In this document: positions 8,295 through 16,084 of the stretch, piece by piece
Layout: each line of letters opens with the position of its first letter
Numbering within the stretch: position 1 is the stretch's first letter
Assembly (NCBI GenBank): GCA_963704435.1
Contig: OY969902.1
Span: 90,001-122,000, forward strand
DNA: 32,000 bases
Source of the DNA: an uncultured archaeon
GTDB lineage: Archaea; Micrarchaeota; Micrarchaeia; Micrarchaeales; CABMGC01
Direction: 5' to 3'
Translations under genes and position numbers: made by a program
Notes under the pieces: generated by a model
What the model saw: the letters and a program-made list of their open reading frames with translations, nothing else
Told to the model about the DNA's origin: nothing
Databases searched by the model: none

Positions 8295-9491
8295 ATGGAT
8301 ACAAGAAGACAAAAAGCTGAACAGATCGCTAAGACAGAAACAATAAAGAAAGAAGGCAGGGGTTGGGTAGTTCCCTCTCAAAGCGGAAAGGGCTACTACA
8401 ATGTAGTGCAAGAAGGCACAGGTCTTGCCTGCACCTGCCCTGACTTTCAGCTAAGAGGTCAGCCCTGCAAGCACGTGCTTGCGGTTCAGATAGTGGTTCT
8501 GCGATGGTTCGACAAGAAAGGTAAACCCGTAATGGAAGTAAAGAGAGTGTCCTACCCTCAGAATTGGCACGCCTACAATGCCTCACAGATAAACGAGCAA
8601 GACCTATTTATGAAGCTGTTAGCTGACTTATGCCAAGATATAGAAGAGCCACTATACAAATTCGGAAGACCACAACTGCCACTAAAAGATATGGTCTTTG
8701 CGAGTGCCTTAAAGGTCTATTCGACCTTTAGCCTAAGAAGGTTTATGTCCGATATGCGAGCCTCTAAAGAAAAGGGCTTTGTAACTAAGGTCTCCTCTTA
8801 CAGTTCAGTAAGCAACTATATGAGAAGTGAGGAGCTAACGCCTATCTTGCAGAGCCTTATTTCCTTATCTTCTATGCCACTTAGGAGCGTAGAAACGAAG
8901 TTTGCCATAGACAGCACAGGGTTTAGAACTACACGATTTAACGACTATTGCAGAGAGAAGCACAACACAGAGAAACAGCATCAATGGGTTAAGGCTCATA
9001 TCTGCACAGGTGTTAAGACCAATATCATTACAGGGATAGAGGTAACGGAAGGCACAGGAGCGGACAGCTTACAGTTCATACCTCTTGCAGAAAGAACGCA
9101 TCAGAATGGCTTTAACATAGAGGAGATGAGTGCAGATAAGGCTTATTCAAGCAGAGACAACCACGCATACATAGCACAGATAGGTGGAACGCCTTTTATC
9201 CCTTTCAGAAAAGGAGCGACTGGCAAGCCAAGAGGCAGTAACCATATCTGGAGAAAAATGTATAACTACTTTGTCTATAACAAAGATGAGTTCTTGGAGC
9301 ATTACCATCTCAGAAGCAACGTGGAAAGCACAAATAATATGATTAAGGCAAAGTTTACAGATATAGTTAGAAGTAAGGATAAGATAGCACAGACCAACGA
9401 GGTATTATTAAAGATTTTATGTCATAATATTTGTGTAGTTATTCAAGAGATGCACGAGTTGGGAATAGAACCTAACTTCTTAGAGGGATAA
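8295..9491 (+). CDS. SWIM zinc finger + DDE-type transposase-like protein
   Basis: SWIM motif CTCPDFQLRGQPCKH; DDE-like FAIDSTGF, MSADKAYSSRDN, YHLRSNVESTNNMIKAKF typical of PF01609-like transposases. Confidence 0.85.
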   Translation: MDTRRQKAEQIAKTETIKKEGRGWVVPSQSGKGYYNVVQEGTGLACTCPDFQLRGQPCKHVLAVQIVVLRWFDKKGKPVMEVKRVSYPQNWHAYNASQINEQDLFMKLLADLCQDIEEPLYKFGRPQLPLKDMVFASALKVYSTFSLRRFMSDMRASKEKGFVTKVSSYSSVSNYMRSEELTPILQSLISLSSMPLRSVETKFAIDSTGFRTTRFNDYCREKHNTEKQHQWVKAHICTGVKTNIITGIEVTEGTGADSLQFIPLAERTHQNGFNIEEMSADKAYSSRDNHAYIAQIGGTPFIPFRKGATGKPRGSNHIWRKMYNYFVYNKDEFLEHYHLRSNVESTNNMIKAKFTDIVRSKDKIAQTNEVLLKILCHNICVVIQEMHELGIEPNFLEG

Positions 9492-9493
9492 AT

Positions 9494-10321
9494 ATGTCTA
9501 ATCACACTTTAATTATCGGAGACTGCTCCAATATGAACGAAATTAAGAGTGGTAGCGTTCAACTTGTATGCACCTCTCCACCTTACTTCAATGCTCCTTT
9601 TGATTATAAGAAATTGTATAAGAGCTATGACCATTACTTAGAGATGTTAAGGAATGTAGCAAAAGAATTGTTTAGAGTAATAGCAGATGGCAGGATTGTT
9701 GCTCTGAATATAGATGATATGTTAGTAGATGGCGAGAAGTTCCCTATAATAGCAGATGCAACTAAAATCTTTCTTGATGCTGGATTCAGATACAGGGATA
9801 AGATAACGTGGAAAAAGCCAGATGGCTATTTGAGGATAAGCAGAAGGAGTGGAGTTATGATACAGCATCCATACCCTATGTATTTCTATCCTGATAACCT
9901 TCTTGAAAGCATAATAATATTCCAGAAGGGAAAGTTTGATTATAAATCAGTATCAGATGAGCTTAAAGAGAAATCTAAGATAGACATAGGCGAGTTTCAA
10001 AAGAAAGACTGGTATATGACTTTATGGTCTATGACAAATGTATTGCCTAATAGTGATTTGGAGAAGGGTATAGCGGCTTATCCAGATGAATTGGCATATA
10101 GAATAATCAAACTGTTTTCTTTTGTTGGTGATACTGTCTTAGACCCTTTCACTGGCTCTGGAACGACTATGAAGATAGCTCGTAAATTAGGAAGAAATAG
10201 TATTGGTATAGAAATGAAAAAAGACTTAATACCAATAATCAAGAGAAAGACAGGATTTGATGGTCAAGAAAAGCTATTAAATAATGATGACACTTTAGAT
10301 ATAGTAATCAGAAAGAAATAG
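9494..10321 (+). CDS. Beta-class DNA methyltransferase (N6-adenine or N4-cytosine)
   Basis: Catalytic motif CTSPPYFNAPFDY near the N-terminus and AdoMet motif I VLDPFTGSGTTMKIA near the C-terminus. Confidence 0.93.
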   Translation: MSNHTLIIGDCSNMNEIKSGSVQLVCTSPPYFNAPFDYKKLYKSYDHYLEMLRNVAKELFRVIADGRIVALNIDDMLVDGEKFPIIADATKIFLDAGFRYRDKITWKKPDGYLRISRRSGVMIQHPYPMYFYPDNLLESIIIFQKGKFDYKSVSDELKEKSKIDIGEFQKKDWYMTLWSMTNVLPNSDLEKGIAAYPDELAYRIIKLFSFVGDTVLDPFTGSGTTMKIARKLGRNSIGIEMKKDLIPIIKRKTGFDGQEKLLNNDDTLDIVIRKK

Positions 10322-10328
10322 TGTCATT

Positions 10329-11384
10329 ATGAAGATAACAGCTAAGATAATCAAAGGCATAAATTATAGTCCATTACTTTGTAGAAAACTAAGCAGTTAC
10401 AAGTTTAGTGAGCTTGAAAAGGCACTCTCTAAAGATGCTACATTTTTCCTTGACATAGACAAGCAAAACAAGATAGCGGTAAGCTGGTGGGTATCAGCTA
10501 AAAGAACGAGGTCTTATCCTTATGCAAGAGTGTATGACTCTTATGGTTTTTCTGGTAAAAAACTTACTATAATACCCATAGTAAAAGATGAAGGCTATGG
10601 TGGAGATAGAGACTTCTTGCAATGGGATACAATATCTCTTATGAGCTTACTTAAAATCTACGTCGTAATAGCATACTATAAAACTGCTTCTAAAAGCTCA
10701 AGATATGAGAGTAAGATTACAAATCAACGATTTGATATGCCATTTATTAAAGACCAGATTAAAGAACTTTTGAAATATCAAGATGACGCTCTACACTGGA
10801 ATTTAGACCAAATATCAAAGATACAAAAGATAGGTAATAATGCCATAAAATCTTATGAAGCACTATCTAAAAAACTTGGAGTAAAAATGCACTCTAAAGA
10901 GAAAGCAGAAAGAAGGATACACGAACTTATGAAGGATAAGGAGATGTTTCTTAAAACCTCAAGAGCGTTAGCAGTGATGGCCCAGAGCAGAGAGCGTTCT
11001 GTAACACATAAAGCTGAAAGTGTAGATGGGTCAAAATCAAGCCTTACTATCAGCAACTATCTTGGTGGCAACTACTACTTTACCTCTGATGAAGCAAGAC
11101 TAAGAAAGGGAAGGTTGTTTTTGGTAGAAGCAAAGAATACAAAGGAGAATAGGCTACCAAATAGAGAGGACATTAAAGACGGACTAATAAGAATGATTTT
11201 ATTCACTAATTTGGAGAAAGTAAGTATAAAATCTAAGGTTTATCCGATAACTCCTTTATTGAAACTAACCTCTAAAAAGAAATTTGTTATTGGAAAGAGA
11301 GACGCATTAGTGCTAAATATACTCAAAAAAGAAGCTAAATTAAATGGATTTAAAGTAGAAGTAAATGGTAAGCTCCTTAAATAG
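10329..11384 (+). CDS. Putative restriction endonuclease, PD-(D/E)XK-like
   Basis: Lies 7 nt downstream of the methyltransferase; candidate nuclease motif YYFTSDEARLRKGRLFLVEAKNTKENRLPNREDIKDGLIRMI (D...E-A-K); no strong family assignment. Confidence 0.6.
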   Translation: MKITAKIIKGINYSPLLCRKLSSYKFSELEKALSKDATFFLDIDKQNKIAVSWWVSAKRTRSYPYARVYDSYGFSGKKLTIIPIVKDEGYGGDRDFLQWDTISLMSLLKIYVVIAYYKTASKSSRYESKITNQRFDMPFIKDQIKELLKYQDDALHWNLDQISKIQKIGNNAIKSYEALSKKLGVKMHSKEKAERRIHELMKDKEMFLKTSRALAVMAQSRERSVTHKAESVDGSKSSLTISNYLGGNYYFTSDEARLRKGRLFLVEAKNTKENRLPNREDIKDGLIRMILFTNLEKVSIKSKVYPITPLLKLTSKKKFVIGKRDALVLNILKKEAKLNGFKVEVNGKLLK

Positions 11385-11391
11385 TTAAATT

Positions 11392-11443
11392 GACTTTTTA
11401 AACAAAATCAGGACTTATTAAACAGAATTTGACTTATTAAACA
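11392..11443 (+). repeat. Right-end repeat cluster: three GACTTWTTAAACA copies
   Basis: 11392-11404 GACTTTTTAAACA; 11412-11424 and 11431-11443 GACTTATTAAACA (20- and 19-bp periods). Confidence 0.75.
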
Positions 11444-11446
11444 AAG

Positions 11447-11457
11447 CGGGCTTAATA
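11447..11457 (+). repeat. 11-bp direct repeat CGGGCTTAATA (right copy)
   Basis: Exact match to 6542-6552. Confidence 0.6.
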
Positions 11458-11690
11458 ACAACGTTTATATAGGTAGAACGCCATATTACTATCACTAGTA
11501 AGGGAGAAGGATAACGGAATTTACGTCAAAAATAAGACAACTTATTTTCTTAAATTCCTGGAAGTCGGGACCCGCTGACGCGGCCTCGTCTCTCCGGACT
11601 CGGTAGGGATTCGCAAGGATTCCTGCAAAACCAATCCAAAATCCCAGTCAGTAAAGCTAGAGAAAACAAAAAACAAAAAGAAGTGAAAAG

Positions 11691-13274
11691 ATGACTGAGA
11701 ACGTGACAGAAGGCAGAATGGATAATGAGAACCGCAGGAAAGTCCCATGGAACATATACCGGGACGAGCCTGGTTCGGAAAGGCGGCAGGATCAGAACGC
11801 CAAGAGGCGCGATTCCGCACCGCAGCAGAGGCCCGCGAGGTTCAACTCGCAGAGGCATCAGCAGCGCCACGAACAGCGCCCCAAACAGCATTTCGTGCAG
11901 AGGCCGGCGCCAGTTCCTGTTAGGAACACGCCAAGGCCGAAGGCAAAGGAGCGCATGACTGTGACTTTCTACGGCGCAGCAGGAGAGGTCGGCAGGAGCT
12001 GCGTGCTGGTAGAGAGCAAGAACACAAGGCTTATCCTTGACGCCGGCATAAAGCTGGGTGAGGTCGAGGAGCGCCCCGTGATAGAGGACAGCGAGCTGAA
12101 GCACATCGACGCGGTGGTGCTTTCGCACGCCCATATGGACCACTCGAGCTATCTCCCGCACTTCTTCTCCAAGGGATATACGGGGCCCGTCTACGCGACG
12201 AAGCCCACGTTCGAGCTGGTCGACATAATGACCAAGGACTACATGCACATCTCCAATCCAGAGGGCGTGACCAAGGACAGCGTGAAGCTGCTCTTCAAGC
12301 ACTGCAGGCCCGTGGAGTACTACAGGGAGTTCAGGGTGAAGGACTTAAGGATTCGCCTGCTCCCGGCGGGACACATACTCGGGAGCGCGATGATAGAGGT
12401 CAGCGACGGCAGGGACACGCTGCTGTACAGCGGGGACATCAACATGAGGAGCACGAAGCTCTTCGATCCCGCATACGACAAGAACCTGAACGCTAACGTG
12501 CTGATAATAGAGAGCACCTACGGGGGCAAGGCCGACGTCTTCCCTTCGGACAAGGACGTGCTCAACAAGCTCGCCGCAAGCGTGAAGGAGACGATAAACG
12601 CAGGGGGCAAGGTCATAATACCCAGCCTCGCGGTGGGGAGGGCGCAGGAGATACTGTTCACGCTGGACGACTACATCAGGTCGGGCATAGTGCCTAAGAC
12701 CCCCGTATACGTCGATGGAATGATTGGCAAGGTCCTCCGTATCTACAAACGCAACGTGCGCTACTGCAAGGACGAGATCCAGAGGAGAGTCAAGACCAAG
12801 AACAACGATCCGTTCGAGAGTAAGAACTTCACGATAATCGGGAGCAGGCAGCAGAGGGCGAAGGTGCTCGCGAGCGACGGCGCCTGCATAGTCGTGACCA
12901 CGAGCGGCATGCTCAAGGGAGGGCCGGTAATCCAGTACCTCGAGAAGTTCGCGGGCGACTCGAACAACAAGATAATCCTCGTCAGCCACCAGGCTGAGGA
13001 CACCCCCGGCAGGCAGCTGCTTAACGGATCCAGGGAGGTCGTGTTCGGGGATGAGAAGCTGAAGCTGAAGATCGAGGCGAAGGTCGAGTACATCCACATG
13101 TCCGGCCACGCGGACAGACCGCAGCTCCTCAAGCTGGTGAGCAAGGTCAAGGGCCTGAAGACCGTGTTCGTCGAGCACGGCGAGGAGGTCAAGGCGAAGG
13201 AGCTCTACGAGACCCTCAAGAACAGGTACGACGCGAGGCTTCCTGTCCTGTCGACCCCGTACGAGATAAAGTGA
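11691..13274 (+). CDS. Beta-CASP metallo-beta-lactamase ribonuclease (aCPSF2-like) with Arg/Gln-rich N-terminal extension
   Basis: SHAHMDHSSYLPH, GHILGSAMIEV, SGDINMRS, IIESTYGGK, TTSGMLKGGP, HMSGHADRPQLL, VEHGEE; about 88-residue R/Q/P-rich N-terminal tail. Confidence 0.92.
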   Translation: MTENVTEGRMDNENRRKVPWNIYRDEPGSERRQDQNAKRRDSAPQQRPARFNSQRHQQRHEQRPKQHFVQRPAPVPVRNTPRPKAKERMTVTFYGAAGEVGRSCVLVESKNTRLILDAGIKLGEVEERPVIEDSELKHIDAVVLSHAHMDHSSYLPHFFSKGYTGPVYATKPTFELVDIMTKDYMHISNPEGVTKDSVKLLFKHCRPVEYYREFRVKDLRIRLLPAGHILGSAMIEVSDGRDTLLYSGDINMRSTKLFDPAYDKNLNANVLIIESTYGGKADVFPSDKDVLNKLAASVKETINAGGKVIIPSLAVGRAQEILFTLDDYIRSGIVPKTPVYVDGMIGKVLRIYKRNVRYCKDEIQRRVKTKNNDPFESKNFTIIGSRQQRAKVLASDGACIVVTTSGMLKGGPVIQYLEKFAGDSNNKIILVSHQAEDTPGRQLLNGSREVVFGDEKLKLKIEAKVEYIHMSGHADRPQLLKLVSKVKGLKTVFVEHGEEVKAKELYETLKNRYDARLPVLSTPYEIK

Positions 13275-13335
13275 AGCCCTGCGCGGGCCGCCTTTCTGGC
13301 GTGCCCTCGCATCGGCCTTTACGAAAAATTGCATC

Positions 13336-13764
13336 TTATTGGGAGATCATCACTTTCAGCAATTGACTGGTTGCAATAGGGTCTCCTCTTTTCAGCACCA
13401 GCAGGCTTTCCTTGGCGCGGTCCTCTCCTCTTCGAGTAAGTGTGAACGGGCCGTTATACAAATAATTGTCGGGCGCCTGCGATTTTATATCGCCGCCAAA
13501 CTGCCTCTCAAATAGATAATCAGCAACAACCGTGCTAACGAGTCCCGACGCATCGCGCTGGATCGGTATTTCAACGTTGAAAGCGTCTAGGATTTTTTCC
13601 GAATTCAACAGGTATATCCAGTAAGTGATCTGATTTACGCTCGATACGTTCCCGTCTGCGCATGCAACGCCTATCACGGCATCGATTACTTGCCCCGGCC
13701 AGATCTCCTCCTTTGACCTCGCCATCAAGGCGACACTATTTACAATGGCTTTACCATCGTCCAT
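13336..13764 (-). CDS. Hypothetical protein
   Basis: 142 aa ORF, plausible composition, no recognised family. Confidence 0.5.
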   Translation of the reverse strand: MDDGKAIVNSVALMARSKEEIWPGQVIDAVIGVACADGNVSSVNQITYWIYLLNSEKILDAFNVEIPIQRDASGLVSTVVADYLFERQFGGDIKSQAPDNYLYNGPFTLTRRGEDRAKESLLVLKRGDPIATSQLLKVMISQ

Positions 13765-13914
13765 CCCAGCACCAATGCAACATAATCAAAATGCGTATTT
13801 ATGACTTGTGACTCGGAAAATTTATGCGAGTCAAAGATTCCGCTCCTACTTTGCTTGCAGGCTCCGCCTGACTCCCTTTTATTACTTCATAATCAAATAG
13901 AATATGATGATCTT

Positions 13915-14238
13915 ATGGCAGATGAGCAGAAACAGATGAACCTGAACTTCGTTGATACTAAGCCGATCTTCGCTGATGAAATCGCATTGGCATTCAAGGT
14001 AAATGCGTCCAAGGACAGCAAGGGCGTTATTGAGAAGGAGGGTCACGTGACCTTCATCTTTGTCGACGCGATGAAGCGCCAGGCCGTCGGCGAATTCGTG
14101 GTGAGCAAGAACACCGCGAAGGCCCTCGTCAAGGTGCTGTCAGATAGCATAGTCAACCTCGAGAAGCAGCTGGCAGACAAGTCCATGCCGAAGCCTCCTG
14201 AGATCAAGACCACGTCAGATACACGCATGTACCGGTAA
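13915..14238 (+). CDS. DUF3467-like small protein
   Basis: FADEIALAFKVN...HVTFIFVDAMKRQAVGEFVVSKNTAKALVKVLSDSIVNLEKQL resembles the DUF3467 pattern; ATG at 13915. Confidence 0.6.
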   Translation: MADEQKQMNLNFVDTKPIFADEIALAFKVNASKDSKGVIEKEGHVTFIFVDAMKRQAVGEFVVSKNTAKALVKVLSDSIVNLEKQLADKSMPKPPEIKTTSDTRMYR

Positions 14239-14310
14239 GGGCTCCGGCATCCGCCGAGAAAAGCGACGGGATGCAAAACATTTTAATAATCTGGAATGCA
14301 GGTTCTAGAT

Positions 14311-15093
14311 ATGCACACGATAAAGCGATACGAGTCCGAGGCCGCCAGGACGCAGGTCATAATGGCCGTGGGCGGATCCGGGAAGCGCATGGGAATATCC
14401 TACCCAAAGTCCCTCATAAAGCTCGGCGACAGCACGCTGCTCGACAGGTGCGTCAACATGTATGTCAACTGCGGCTTCCGCAGCTTCGTGTTCCTGCTGG
14501 GGCATAACGACAAGGAGATAACTAAGCACATAGACAGCAGCGATTATTCGGGCGCATCGATAACCAAGTCATATGACTACGCGCAGGGGATAGGCCGAGC
14601 GAAGGCCCTGAAGAGCGCCCTTGTGAACGGGAAGATTGACAGGTCGAAGAGGCTGATGCTCGCATTCCCTGACGATGTCTTCACCGACAACTCATTCCCG
14701 ATGAAGGTGCTGCTGGAGCACCTGCACGCCGTCAAGGCGTTCGGCGCGCTCGCGAGCCTGGTCGTCGCGAAGGCGCAGAGGTACGCTTACGGGGTCGCGT
14801 GGGCCGACGACAGGAGCATGATAACTAAATTCGAGGAGAAGCCGCTCGTGCCGCTGCTCACCTCTACTGGCGTTCCGATAATCGAGCCGGAGGCTTACCA
14901 CTACGTCGAGGAGCTCATCGACCTGGACAAGGGCGGCCCTGTGGACGAGCACCCGCTGTACCTGCGCCTGGCCGAGGAGGGCAGGATCTACGCGATCACG
15001 ATACCCCCCGACACATGGATATCGATCAACACCGCGAAGGAGCTCGAGCAGGCGCAGAGGTTGGTGGATTCGGGCGTTCTTCCAATGAGGTAG
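14311..15093 (+). CDS. Nucleotidyltransferase (NTP_transferase, sugar-phosphate type)
   Basis: MAVGGSGKRMGISYPKSLIKLGDSTLLDRC...LMLAFPDDVF...ITKFEEKP; start at 14311 or 14296. Confidence 0.82.
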   Translation: MHTIKRYESEAARTQVIMAVGGSGKRMGISYPKSLIKLGDSTLLDRCVNMYVNCGFRSFVFLLGHNDKEITKHIDSSDYSGASITKSYDYAQGIGRAKALKSALVNGKIDRSKRLMLAFPDDVFTDNSFPMKVLLEHLHAVKAFGALASLVVAKAQRYAYGVAWADDRSMITKFEEKPLVPLLTSTGVPIIEPEAYHYVEELIDLDKGGPVDEHPLYLRLAEEGRIYAITIPPDTWISINTAKELEQAQRLVDSGVLPMR

Positions 15094-15148
15094 TGCTTCA
15101 TTGCCTGCGTGGTGCTTTTTAGCCTTTCCTTACAAATATTGTGTTTGT

Positions 15149-15221
15149 GCGAGTGTAGTCTAGCCTGGTAGGACGTAGCCTTGCCAAGGCTATAACCCGG
15201 GTTCAAATCCCGGCGCTCGCA
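15149..15221 (+). tRNA. tRNA-Gly(GCC)
   Basis: Full cloverleaf: acceptor GCGAGTG/CGCTCGC, anticodon stem-loop TAGCC-TTGCCAA-GGCTA, T arm CCGGG-TTCAAAT-CCCGG, discriminator A. Confidence 0.96.
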
Positions 15222-15232
15222 GGGTAATAATC

Positions 15233-15691
15233 ATGGCTAAGAAGAAAGATAAAAGCGCAAGTCCGTACGTTGGCCACTATAGGAAGGCGACCCTTTTCGC
15301 ATTGGCCGCCACCGCGGTCTCGGTGATCGTCGCGGCATACCTCTACACGACACCACTACACGGCCATCTCGCAAGATATCCTTTGCTGGTTGCGGTGACG
15401 TTCAGCTTGATATGCGCTGTCAGCGCCTACCTGTGGAAGCGCCCTCCGCGCAACTTAACTCTGGTGCACGTGAAGCAGTTCTTCCAGGCTTTCGTGATAT
15501 TCGAGGCGCTTTATTACGTCGCGATGTTCGTTGGGCTCCAGCTCCTGCCATCGCTGCACCACTACGCTGCCATGGTCTTCGACCCTGGTTTCATGACCCT
15601 GTCCATCCTGCTCAGCGTGGGCGGCTACTACGTAAAGCTCATAATATACGAGTACCTGAATGCGCGGAAGGCTAGGAAGGCGAAACCGTGA
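15233..15691 (+). CDS. Small multi-pass membrane protein, unknown function
   Basis: About four hydrophobic segments; 4-nt overlap with the downstream ASCH gene. Confidence 0.7.
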   Translation: MAKKKDKSASPYVGHYRKATLFALAATAVSVIVAAYLYTTPLHGHLARYPLLVAVTFSLICAVSAYLWKRPPRNLTLVHVKQFFQAFVIFEALYYVAMFVGLQLLPSLHHYAAMVFDPGFMTLSILLSVGGYYVKLIIYEYLNARKARKAKP

Positions 15692-16068
15692 AGTGCCTCT
15701 CGCTCAGGCAGCCGTACGCCGAGCTCGTCGTGCTTGGGAAGAAGACTATCGAGCTCAGGAAATGGAACACCCATTTCAGGGGAAGGTTCCTCGTGCACGC
15801 GTCCAAGACGGTCGACTCCAGGGCGTGCGCGCGCTTCAGGATTCGGCCCGAGACGCTCGCAACCGGAGCCATAATCGGGAAGGCGACCCTCTTCTGGGTG
15901 AAGAAGTACGGAAGCAGGAAGGAGTTCGTCGCTGACGCGCGGAGACACCTTGCGAGATACGAGGAATACGGCACCTCGCGGTACGCATTCCTGCTCAAGG
16001 ATCCTATTAGGTTGAGGAGGCCCATTTCCTACAGGGGAAGCCTCAACTTCTTCAACGCAGACATATAA
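15688..16068 (+). CDS. ASCH-domain protein
   Basis: MKCLSLRQPYAELVVLGKKTIELRKWNTHFRGRFLVHASK, ASCH signature. Confidence 0.85.
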   Translation: MKCLSLRQPYAELVVLGKKTIELRKWNTHFRGRFLVHASKTVDSRACARFRIRPETLATGAIIGKATLFWVKKYGSRKEFVADARRHLARYEEYGTSRYAFLLKDPIRLRRPISYRGSLNFFNADI

Positions 16069-16084
16069 TCAGTGCGGTCCTCTC

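Larger units (their letters stand above)
6553..11446. mobile_element. Candidate AT-rich mobile/defence island (five genes), not a recognised element family
   Basis: Sharp AT-rich composition change; SWIM/DDE transposase-like gene inside; GACTTWTTAAACA repeats near both ends; 11-bp direct repeat CGGGCTTAATA at 6542-6552 and 11447-11457. Confidence 0.5.

Noticed and set aside
6542-11457. Casposon or classical IS assignment for the island
   Set aside because: No Cas1 or PolB gene, and no long perfect terminal inverted repeat; the end structure is suggestive only.
11540-11660. Possible tRNA-like or intron-containing tRNA in the leader (GGGATTCGCAAGGATTCC segment)
   Set aside because: I could not form matching acceptor, anticodon and T arms; no GGTTCAAATCC-type T loop.
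12345-13334. Long minus-strand ORF (329 aa) opposite the second beta-CASP gene
   Set aside because: Shadow ORF of a high-GC coding strand; low-complexity sequence, while the plus strand encodes clear catalytic motifs. Same reasoning for 11550..12302, 3294..3896, 5088..5624, 20721..20996 and the upstream part of 27467..28645.
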